DNA of 45,953 nucleotides, taken from positions 1 to 45,953 of the IMG/VR virus record IMGVR_UViG_3300030117_007041; one strand, given 5' to 3'. Each line of letters begins with the position of its first letter. The first letter of the stretch is position 1. Source of the DNA: a virus (taxonomy: Duplodnaviria; Caudoviricetes). The notes under the pieces were generated by a model. That model saw only the letters and a program-made list of their open reading frames with translations, was not told the origin of the DNA and ran no database searches. The position numbers were made by a program, and so were the translations under genes. Of the stretch, positions 28,323 through 35,840 are shown in pieces.

Positions 28323-29224
28323 TAAACATACCTATCTTGAGATTCTTCTAAATTTGAATCATGAACAAGATTATTTAAAAACCATAGTATATCTTTATCG
28401 TCGTAATCCCCTCTAGCCTTTAAATCAAAATAAGGTGCTATACTAGCAGGGTCTTTTCCAGTTTTTTCTTCATAATCTTCGTATAGTCGGGTTTGCCAAT
28501 CAACTTTATCTTCTTTTGGTTTTTTTGGTGAATAATTATCTTTTAAAAACTGCAATTTATCTTCTGTTACTTTTTCTCCCGGCTCAATATCAAGAATTTT
28601 TCTTAATTGCATAATTCTTGACCTGATTTCATTTGGGCTTGTAATATACCTTTTATCACTCGCATCCAGACTACCTCCCATATATCTTGTATTTATACCA
28701 TGAACAAAAGGCATGGTCATAGGAACTCCTCTTGTATATTGTGCCTCACGACCAAATTTTTCATCAAGACGTTTAAATTCTAATATTGGGAATCTATTGG
28801 CATAATGTTCCGCTTCATGAGCCGCTATACTTTCATAAGATTCAGGGGACTGTCTTGCAGCCATTGTAATATCTCCAAAAGTAGGCGAATGACTTCCCTT
28901 CACGCCTTGCGGTATTAGAGTAGGCGTCCCATGCCTTAGGGTTTTTCCAGCTCGGTTTAGATGATGCGTTGGGTGCATATCATTAGCTCTACCAAAAAAA
29001 GCAGTATATAGATTTTTTAAACCACTTTCGATATATGGCACAGATGGGCGCATTTTTAGTTTTTGTAATTTTTCTATACGACTTTGTATATCTTCTATTT
29101 CTTCAGGCTGTAAATTAGCCTGCATTTTTTCTACAGTAGATGGATGACCATACCAGTCAGCAAGCCAATCACTTGCACTTTTAAATAACTCTCTACCCTG
29201 AGGATATGTTACGCGAGGTGGCAT
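28322..29224 (-). CDS. Zincin-like metallopeptidase-domain protein
   Basis: 300 aa; HExxH (AHEAEH) and a downstream YITSPNEIRSRIMQLR third-ligand motif. Confidence 0.6.
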   Translation of the reverse strand: MPPRVTYPQGRELFKSASDWLADWYGHPSTVEKMQANLQPEEIEDIQSRIEKLQKLKMRPSVPYIESGLKNLYTAFFGRANDMHPTHHLNRAGKTLRHGTPTLIPQGVKGSHSPTFGDITMAARQSPESYESIAAHEAEHYANRFPILEFKRLDEKFGREAQYTRGVPMTMPFVHGINTRYMGGSLDASDKRYITSPNEIRSRIMQLRKILDIEPGEKVTEDKLQFLKDNYSPKKPKEDKVDWQTRLYEDYEEKTGKDPASIAPYFDLKARGDYDDKDILWFLNNLVHDSNLEESQDRYV

Positions 29225-29419
29225 TTAAAATGGATTACTGACCTTATCTTCAACTTTAAACGAAATATATTGCTTACCAGATTGCCCAACCTTTTTCCAG
29301 CCTGCTATCTTAACTTCCCTACCGCCTATCTTACCTTGTCCTGTATAATCTGGTTGTTTTTCGTTCTTCTTTTCATTCTCAAATATTGAAAATGTGTCAT
29401 CTTTTTGTTCGTACGGCAT
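29225..29419 (-). CDS. Small ssDNA-binding-like protein (DUF736-like)
   Basis: True start MPYEQKD after AGGAG; K..EKQPDYTG...IAGWKK...GKQYIS...PF pattern. Confidence 0.65.
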   Translation of the reverse strand: MPYEQKDDTFSIFENEKKNEKQPDYTGQGKIGGREVKIAGWKKVGQSGKQYISFKVEDKVSNPF

Positions 29420-29514
29420 TTTTACTCCTGAATTGGTTAAAAAAATAATTTCAAGCCCCGCAACAAATATAATCATAATCGAATCATAGTTAAAAGAAAA
29501 AAGGTTGAGTAGTT

Positions 29515-29645
29515 AACCTAAGGTTTTTTAAACCTAAGGTATATAGTATATATACTTCTACTTCTACTTCTATATGCATGGCATTGCCATAGCAAAGCCA
29601 TTTTAAAAAAATGGCAAGGCTATAGCTTGGCTATTTAAGTATAGC
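29515..29645. promoter_or_regulatory. Putative replication origin: four ATRGC-N3-GCYAT palindromic iterons with an adjacent AT-rich segment
   Basis: Copies at 29578, 29589, 29611 and 29622; the same motif occurs twice inside the initiator gene (40420-40443). Confidence 0.6.
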
Positions 29646-29763
29646 AATATGTGAGGTTATAAAGAATTAAGTATTGAATAAACAGTGATGTAAACACCCT
29701 TTAAAGTAAAAAATTGTGCAAAAAATGGATGGGATGCACCTTACATATACGCACCCCCCTCAC

Positions 29764-29811
29764 TACGCGTTTCGCGTTCGGGAATCACGTTGAGTACGCG
29801 TTTCGCGTTCG
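29764..29811. repeat. 17-bp direct repeat TACGCGTTTCGCGTTCG x2
   Basis: Copies at 29764-29780 and 29795-29811. Confidence 0.9.
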
Positions 29812-29897
29812 CGCAAGGCTTGGTTCTCTACGCGTACGCAGACCATATTTACTTGCCTTGTTTACCTTGCTTTATCGACGGTAAAGTCTTTTTTCCC

Positions 29898-29926
29898 TTG
29901 TTTGTGCTAGCTTTCATTGGTAAGTT
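29898..29926 (+). promoter_or_regulatory. Sigma70-like early promoter
   Basis: TTGTTT-17 bp-TAAGTT with an extended -10 TGn. Confidence 0.4.
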
Positions 29927-29956
29927 TGGGTTCTGCCGACGGCAAGAGGCTGACGG

Positions 29957-29984
29957 CTGACAAACGGCGCTTATGCGCTATAAT
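29957..29984 (+). promoter_or_regulatory. Sigma70-like early promoter
   Basis: CTGACA-16 bp-TATAAT, about 40 nt upstream of the first early ATG. Confidence 0.6.
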
Positions 29985-30023
29985 AACACGCGAAGGAAGC
30001 ACCCTTCGCGAAGGAGAAGAACC

Positions 30024-30416
30024 ATGAGTATTTCTATTATCACACTAACCGACGGCGTAGTAACCAAAGGCGATGTAAACACCCAAACTAGCACCGAACG
30101 CGTAGATATTCCTACGCATGAAGAAGAGCTTGCTCTTCTCGTGTACGAAGAGGATTTCCGTCAGCCCGAGCTAGCAAAATTCCTCGTGTCCGCGAAGAGT
30201 CGCGAAGAGGAGATTTGGGAAGAGGAAGAGTTCCGTGCGCAAGACCGCGCGGTAATTACACCCGCCGTCTATGACTTCGAGGATGAACTACAGCGCCGAG
30301 AGGAATCCGACGTACCGAACGCGCAAGACCACGCGATGAAAACCGCGCTGTCTAACGGCTTTACTATCGACGAGAGTAGCGACGGAATCACGCGTTGGGA
30401 GCATCTCAACGCGTAG
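30024..30416 (+). CDS. First early protein, strongly acidic
   Basis: AAGGAG RBS before ATG 30024 (the track start 29973 lies inside the promoter); 130 aa with 31 D/E versus 12 K/R by hand count. Confidence 0.75.
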   Translation: MSISIITLTDGVVTKGDVNTQTSTERVDIPTHEEELALLVYEEDFRQPELAKFLVSAKSREEEIWEEEEFRAQDRAVITPAVYDFEDELQRREESDVPNAQDHAMKTALSNGFTIDESSDGITRWEHLNA

Positions 30417-30443
30417 ACTGTAGCCGACGAGATACACAACGAA

Positions 30444-30500
30444 ACCCTAGACGGTCTATCCCTTCGGGATAGGTAGGTTCGAGTCCTACCTAGGGTTCAA
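30444..30500 (+). ncRNA. D-armless tRNA-like element
   Basis: 7-bp acceptor-like stem, 5-bp/7-nt arm, canonical T arm GTAGG-TTCGAGT-CCTAC, ends T-CAA. Confidence 0.55.
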
Positions 30501-30660
30501 TGCGCCTTATTCCCTTCGGGAATAGACCACCCTAGGGTAATCCCTAGGAACGCGTAGAATAGGAGTAAACACCCTATGTGCTAGCATGTCCTATAGTGAC
30601 GGCATAGAACACCCTAGCAAGAATAAAAACCATAGCCGTCGAAATGGAGTAAACACCCAA

Positions 30661-31008
30661 ATGGGTATAATTGACCAAATAACAAAGTGCATTATCGACA
30701 CGAATGGAGCCACTATTCAGGGATGGGAACTGTTCCAAGGGAACAGAGGGTTTGTTGTAGGATGTGGTAATATCGAGACAATTACTGTCAATGGCAGGCA
30801 AGAAATATGGCATATAGTGGAAAAACACTATATGGAGAACGTAGGTTTTTGGATGGACGAAGGGAAACTGTATATTGACAGAATACAGATTGTAGATGAT
30901 GTAAAAAGAGCCATTAGCCTTGCTAATGACAACAATGAACTTGCTATATGGGATATAGCAAACCAACAAGAGATACGAACCAATAATAATTCTAGCATTG
31001 AACTATAA
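30661..31008 (+). CDS. Early hypothetical protein (GxWxD...YxD...AIWD family)
   Basis: GGAG RBS before ATG 30661 within track ORF 30586..31008; 115 aa. Confidence 0.7.
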   Translation: MGIIDQITKCIIDTNGATIQGWELFQGNRGFVVGCGNIETITVNGRQEIWHIVEKHYMENVGFWMDEGKLYIDRIQIVDDVKRAISLANDNNELAIWDIANQQEIRTNNNSSIEL

Positions 31009-31029
31009 GTGAAAATGCTAGAATTATTA
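30984..31029 (+). promoter_or_regulatory. GTGAA-loop hairpin, copy 1
   Basis: 16-bp perfect stem TAATAATTCTAGCATT; loop GAACTATAAGTGAA. Confidence 0.75.
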
Positions 31030-31047
31030 AAAGCAAGAGAGGAGTAA

Positions 31048-31680
31048 ATGAACGAGATTCAAAAATTGAAATCAGCTAAACTACCATTCATCCTATTGGA
31101 TGAGAAATTACCATGCCATATTCAGTTGGCATTTAATCTATGCGAGGGCAAAGATGTGATATTAACTACTTTTGCCGAGGATAAAAGAACGAGAGATAGG
31201 CTAAAAAAGGACGTTATTTACGTTGCTGATAGTGAGAGGTATCATATCAAACAAGGAACGGCTCTTTATAACCTAGCAAATATTTTGCTAGAAAACCACC
31301 TAGATAGCCATAATTATGAAGGGAATTATGTTAGTGATATGGACACAATAATCAATATCCAAAAATGTGATATTTGGGATATAGATGCCGACGAGTTCTA
31401 TCTTAAAAACTCTGTAACTTACATGACAAGCCATTGGACGATAGTAAATGAACAAGGGCAAAGAGTTGCGCTTCACAATAAAGATTTGCCGTATGCGGAA
31501 TCGGATAAATTCTTTGGATATGAATTAACTTGGTCAAGACATAACATAACCGACGAAGATGGAAAATCGGATTATTTTTCGCATAAATATGATTTTAATG
31601 ACCTTGTTGACTCTCCTATAGAGAGTCAATGGGGAAAGGGTTCTGATGTCTTTATCGTCGGAAAAGGAAAAGACTATTAA
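31048..31680 (+). CDS. Hypothetical early protein
   Basis: 210 aa; GAGGAG RBS. Confidence 0.75.
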   Translation: MNEIQKLKSAKLPFILLDEKLPCHIQLAFNLCEGKDVILTTFAEDKRTRDRLKKDVIYVADSERYHIKQGTALYNLANILLENHLDSHNYEGNYVSDMDTIINIQKCDIWDIDADEFYLKNSVTYMTSHWTIVNEQGQRVALHNKDLPYAESDKFFGYELTWSRHNITDEDGKSDYFSHKYDFNDLVDSPIESQWGKGSDVFIVGKGKDY

Positions 31681-31952
31681 TGCTAAAACCTAACGAATTA
31701 AAGAAGGGAATTGTTAATTTGCGAGACTTTCTAAAGAAAGTTGCAAAAAAGATGCCCGACAAAGAAAATCGTGGTTTTATAGACCATATGGTCTACTTAA
31801 ACCAAGTTTTAGATAGCTTGGATAAGGTTCTAGACTATACAGATAACCCAAGATTGGATTATCTGATGAGATTAGAACAGAAATACAATAAAATAAATCA
31901 ACTTTTAAAGAAAAAATTGGGGGCGAAGAATGCTAACGACACTAAGCAGTAA
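31680..31952 (+). CDS. Hypothetical protein
   Basis: 90 aa; TAATG coupling. Confidence 0.65.
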   Translation: MLKPNELKKGIVNLRDFLKKVAKKMPDKENRGFIDHMVYLNQVLDSLDKVLDYTDNPRLDYLMRLEQKYNKINQLLKKKLGAKNANDTKQ

Positions 31953-32169
31953 GGAAATAGCCGAACTAGAAAGGAAGATAAATCTTCCTGTGACTAGGTC
32001 GGGAAAGCGAAAAAAGGTTGTTCCAACACGATTTACCGACAGAGAAATACACCATATAGTATTCGTTCGCTTGGCAAAGCTACGCGAAGAGAATAGAAAA
32101 CGCTTTAAAAACAATGCCGTACAAAAACATTGGACAAAAATGTCCAAAAAACAAAGGAGAAAACAATGA
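31930..32169 (+). CDS. Basic hypothetical protein
   Basis: 79 aa, K/R-rich; overlaps both neighbours. Confidence 0.55.
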   Translation: MLTTLSSKEIAELERKINLPVTRSGKRKKVVPTRFTDREIHHIVFVRLAKLREENRKRFKNNAVQKHWTKMSKKQRRKQ

Positions 32170-32285
32170 TACGATTTATTGAACGCGTAATAGATATATT
32201 ATCCTCGGATGAGTTTGGGTTTTTTATCATAGCGCTTGTAGTATTAGGGTTAATAGCGCAAATAATAAGAGCCGTCATTTCTTAA
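32166..32285 (+). CDS. 39-aa membrane peptide
   Basis: Not in the ORF track; AAGGAG RBS; MIRFIERVIDILSSDEFGFFIIALVVLGLIAQIIRAVIS. Confidence 0.65.
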   Translation: MIRFIERVIDILSSDEFGFFIIALVVLGLIAQIIRAVIS

Positions 32286-32300
32286 AAAGGAGAAATCAAT

Positions 32301-32465
32301 ATGCAGAATTATTACGAACACTTAGGATATTTCTTTTGCGAAATATCATTTAGAATAAGTCGGGAAATCCCAAGCGCTGAAAGTGGCATACTTAATTTTA
32401 TAGCCGATAAGCTATATCACATAGGAACCTACTACTATAACAAGGGAGCATAATATTATTTCTAG
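32301..32465 (+). CDS. 54-aa hypothetical protein
   Basis: Not in the ORF track; AAGGAG RBS; MQNYYEHLGYFFCEISF...NKGAYNYF. Confidence 0.6.
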
Positions 32466-32498
32466 CATTTGAGCATTAGTGAAAATGCTAGAAATAAT
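32455..32498 (+). promoter_or_regulatory. GTGAA-loop hairpin, copy 2
   Basis: 15-bp stem ATTATTTCTAGCATT; loop TGAGCATTAGTGAA. Confidence 0.75.
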
Positions 32499-32542
32499 AA
32501 AACAATCATCAACCAACCGCCGAAATCGGCAAAAGGAAAACC

Positions 32543-33763
32543 ATGTATAACAGGAACGAACTTGAATCAATGGCTCATGGCAGAGTCAAAAAGTTGGCTA
32601 TTGCTAAAGCAAGGCAAAATGGTCATAAAAGGAGTTGGGTACAGACCACTCCAAAAAGTCAATTAATCGACTACATATTGGGGGGAGAATTGCCAAAAGA
32701 AGACACACAAATACCCACACCTCAACCTACTCCTCTCCCACATACACCCCGCCCTGCTAGCACAGAGCAAACTACCGTCGGTGGTTTAGAGGAGATAATC
32801 GTAAATGGAGTGCTTACCAAGGTTCAGCCTTTTATAGAGGAAGGCATTGGTAACGCGGTCAAAGAGACCGAGGACACTCTTATATCTACATTCCACGAAG
32901 AGACAAATAAGCTAGCTGAAAAGGTAGATAAGAAAATCGAGGGTTTACAACGTCCTATAAAAGTATACATCAACGACGTAGAGACTAAAGAGGTGTCAGG
33001 TCTTAAACATGAAAAATTCGCTGAGGTTTTGGAGTGTTTAAAGCTTTTTGGTCGCGTTTGGACCTTCGGTCCAAGTGGCACAGGAAAATCATTTCTGATT
33101 GAGCAGTGTGCTAAGGCTTTAGGGTTCGATAAAGAAGAAGGCACATATGAGTACCTAAAAGGCTCAGCGGGAGTGACGGAATCACATATGACAGGAAGAA
33201 TGACGTTTGATGGCACATTCATAGACGGCTCCGTAGCAAGAGCGTTCAGAAATGGAACTTTCTTATGTCTTGACGAATTTGACGGATTCGATGCTAATGC
33301 GGGATTAGTGTTCAATAGCGTACTAGATAACCAAGGTGTTCTATCCACGCCGAACGATAAAGATAATCCACACGTTCTTAAAAAGGACGGCTTTAATGTA
33401 GCGGTTGCTAGCAATACTCTTTGTGACGGACAAGACTTTGAATATGTCGGCAGAGGTCAAATTGATGGTGCTACGCTAGACAGATTGCAAGCCGTTAAGG
33501 TTTATATCGACTATGATAAAAACATCGAAAGAGCGCTCTCGGGGGATTTCATAGACATGGCTGAATGCTTGTGGGAATTAAGAAATCGCATACAAAAGAA
33601 TCACTTGAAGAGGATTATCAGCACTAGGCTTTTTGTCGACGGTCAAACATGGAGACTTGCGGGTAAATCAAATAAGGTGTTACTCGACAAAATAACCTGC
33701 GGTTGGACAAAGGAAGAACTTGATAAAATCAACTACACCGAACTCAAAAGGGAGTATAAATAA
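32543..33763 (+). CDS. MoxR/CobS-like AAA+ ATPase
   Basis: Walker A GPSGTGKS, Walker B LCLDEFD, sensor ASNT, YVGRGQIDGATLDR, ISTR. Confidence 0.88.
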   Translation: MYNRNELESMAHGRVKKLAIAKARQNGHKRSWVQTTPKSQLIDYILGGELPKEDTQIPTPQPTPLPHTPRPASTEQTTVGGLEEIIVNGVLTKVQPFIEEGIGNAVKETEDTLISTFHEETNKLAEKVDKKIEGLQRPIKVYINDVETKEVSGLKHEKFAEVLECLKLFGRVWTFGPSGTGKSFLIEQCAKALGFDKEEGTYEYLKGSAGVTESHMTGRMTFDGTFIDGSVARAFRNGTFLCLDEFDGFDANAGLVFNSVLDNQGVLSTPNDKDNPHVLKKDGFNVAVASNTLCDGQDFEYVGRGQIDGATLDRLQAVKVYIDYDKNIERALSGDFIDMAECLWELRNRIQKNHLKRIISTRLFVDGQTWRLAGKSNKVLLDKITCGWTKEELDKINYTELKREYK

Positions 33764-34665
33764 TGGACGAACTTTACAAGAACATACTAAACCCAAAAAT
33801 CGTCGACGATGAATTTGAGGGTAGGCATGCCATTATTCACATGCCAAACATGAGAACCATGCTAGAAGGCATATATGATAACGAGATATTTTGGCATGAT
33901 GCAGGCGAAAATGGTTCTAGTCGCGAAGAGTGGACTTATGGAAAAAGCGTTGTTGGTCGAGAAAACCTGCGTAGGGCGCTCGTACAAGGCAGAACGTCGG
34001 AAAAAATGATAAAACTCTACAGAAAGTTGCGAAATGAGATGGATATGGATGCTAGAATATCTAAGTTTGTAGGCACAGGGTTGTCCTGTAAGCGTAAACG
34101 CGTAATTAGGGATGACGGAGATGACCTAAGCATGTCTAGGCTCATGGGCGGTAGCGACGAGTATTGGTCAGCTACTGAGCGTAGGTCTCAGAGAGCGAAT
34201 GTGAGAATAGGCATGAACATGGGGATTGCATACACTCATAAAGAAAAGGATTTTGCTAGGCTAGGAGCCACGCTAGCACTGATTAGTGACGTCCTAACTA
34301 AAATGGGATATGCGGTCGAGGTGGTAGCTTACAATTTTGTGAAATACAGAGGAGAAAATGATTGGAAATACTTTGGAATGTCGATACCAATCAAAATGCC
34401 TAACGAACCATTAGACATACATAGGCTGATGAGCGCAGGCTTGCAAGGTTTGTTTAGGGATTTCTGCTTTGGATTGATGGATATAGAATACAAATTCTAT
34501 AGCGGGATGGGGCATCAATGCGAAACAACAGATGCATACAAAAAAGAACTTAATCTTCTCCATGTAGTAGAGCAAAGGTTCTGCCGAACAACTGACGAGG
34601 CTATCGACGGACTATCGAAAACTCTTCAAAAGCTAGCAGATAAACCAAATTGGTTTAGGGGGTAA
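33763..34665 (+). CDS. Putative vWA-like partner of the AAA ATPase
   Basis: 300 aa; coupled to the ATPase; DGDDLSMSRLMGG...GA...ISDVLTKMGYAVEV...IKMPNEPLD...LFR pattern; canonical MIDAS DxSxS absent. Confidence 0.6.
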   Translation: MDELYKNILNPKIVDDEFEGRHAIIHMPNMRTMLEGIYDNEIFWHDAGENGSSREEWTYGKSVVGRENLRRALVQGRTSEKMIKLYRKLRNEMDMDARISKFVGTGLSCKRKRVIRDDGDDLSMSRLMGGSDEYWSATERRSQRANVRIGMNMGIAYTHKEKDFARLGATLALISDVLTKMGYAVEVVAYNFVKYRGENDWKYFGMSIPIKMPNEPLDIHRLMSAGLQGLFRDFCFGLMDIEYKFYSGMGHQCETTDAYKKELNLLHVVEQRFCRTTDEAIDGLSKTLQKLADKPNWFRG

Positions 34666-34666
34666 T

Positions 34667-34948
34667 ATGGACGAATATACGCTAAGGGAAATAAAAAGCG
34701 TTGGTATTGACCATACCAAACTAATTGACGATTATTGCGAAGAGTGGTATGGTCACCGAAATTGGGAATATAGCTTAATATCAGATAATAACGAAGACAT
34801 TAAATACATAGCTAAAGTGCCACTAAGCGAATTTCATATATTCCACAATAACATATATGATTCAATAGGAATTTTTAAAGAACCGCACAACGAAGATGGA
34901 GATTGCCTGTGTAAAGAACAAATTTGCGCAGGCGAAAGCTATAAATAA
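34667..34948 (+). CDS. Hypothetical protein
   Basis: 93 aa ORF in the operon. Confidence 0.6.
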   Translation: MDEYTLREIKSVGIDHTKLIDDYCEEWYGHRNWEYSLISDNNEDIKYIAKVPLSEFHIFHNNIYDSIGIFKEPHNEDGDCLCKEQICAGESYK

Positions 34949-34989
34949 ATAATTATTACTGAAACGTTAGTGAAAGTAATAATTATTTA
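34946..34989 (+). promoter_or_regulatory. GTGAA-loop hairpin, copy 3
   Basis: 15-bp stem TAAATAATTATTACT; loop GAAACGTTAGTGAA. Confidence 0.75.
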
Positions 34990-35005
34990 AAAAGGAGAAG
35001 AGCCA

Positions 35006-35293
35006 ATGACCGTAATTAGAACTGAAAATTTTGTAGCGTGTGATTTTTGCAACGAAGGCGCAGACTCATATGGTGGTGTGCTAGTAGGTAGCGGTACTGC
35101 CGTATGCGGAAATTGTAGCGAAAAAAACGAGTTTACCCACAAAGGCATACCTAACCAAGCCTATGAACATAAAGACGAAATTTCGGAGTATTTTGATAAA
35201 GATAAAACATTCCAAGAAAATGTAGAACAGTATAGGCTTGAGAAATACGGAACCAAATATGCTACAACCATCATAACCGATTGGGATATATAA
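35006..35293 (+). CDS. Small zinc-finger protein
   Basis: CDFC...CGNC (ClpX-like C4 pattern); AAGGAG RBS. Confidence 0.7.
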   Translation: MTVIRTENFVACDFCNEGADSYGGVLVGSGTAVCGNCSEKNEFTHKGIPNQAYEHKDEISEYFDKDKTFQENVEQYRLEKYGTKYATTIITDWDI

Positions 35294-35297
35294 ACTA

Positions 35298-35344
35298 TTA
35301 TTTAATTATTGTTTGTTTTTTTTGTGAAAACAATAATTAAATAA
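35298..35344 (+). promoter_or_regulatory. GTGAA-loop hairpin, copy 4 (degenerate loop)
   Basis: 17-bp stem TTATTTAATTATTGTTT; loop GTTTTTTTTGTGA. Confidence 0.6.
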
Positions 35345-35364
35345 ATAACTAACAAGGAGCAACC

Positions 35365-35826
35365 ATGAGCCAAAGTAAAGAAATGGATAGGTTTATGAAG
35401 AGATTAAAGTCCGCAACTAAGGGCAACGAAGAAATCTCTGAACTAATTCTTGACACGATGACGGTAGTAACAAACGTAATTTTACATGCCCTAAGTAAAG
35501 GGATAGGTAAAAAACCGCTAGATGAACTTAGTCGTGAACTAAGAATTGAAATTGCAAGTAAAATATGTGCTGATTTAGATGAGACCATTATGCCAATCTA
35601 TAAAGCTTTAGATGGTATTTCTGACGCGTCATTTGATGTCACCTCTTTGGCAAGGCACATAAACGCTATTTCAGACGATATGGAAATGTTTGTTAAGTCA
35701 TCGACCAATGATAAAGGTGTTCAAAGCATAGAGACGTCAGTAGGAAGGCGCATAGACGATATTGAAGAGGACTTTAAAGATGCAATGAAGAGCATGATGC
35801 TCGAAAATCAAGTAGGCAAAGCCTAA
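35365..35826 (+). CDS. Hypothetical helical protein
   Basis: 153 aa; AAGGAG RBS. Confidence 0.7.
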   Translation: MSQSKEMDRFMKRLKSATKGNEEISELILDTMTVVTNVILHALSKGIGKKPLDELSRELRIEIASKICADLDETIMPIYKALDGISDASFDVTSLARHINAISDDMEMFVKSSTNDKGVQSIETSVGRRIDDIEEDFKDAMKSMMLENQVGKA

Positions 35827-35840
35827 AAGGAGTTAACATA

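Noticed and set aside
29463-29930. Bacteroidota-type TAnnTTTG promoter matches as host evidence
   Set aside because: Only two short matches, while strong AGGAG SD use and -35/-10 promoters argue against a firm host call.
29973-30023. Track start of the first early ORF (MRYNNTRR...)
   Set aside because: It lies inside the promoter; the ATG at 30024 has a proper AAGGAG.
30444-30500. Calling the element a functional tRNA-Glu(TTC)
   Set aside because: No D arm or variable loop, C instead of U33, no encoded CCA; kept only as tRNA-like.
29550-30660. CRISPR or mini-array interpretation of the leader repeats
   Set aside because: Repeats are 10-17 bp with irregular spacing, and no cas genes are present.
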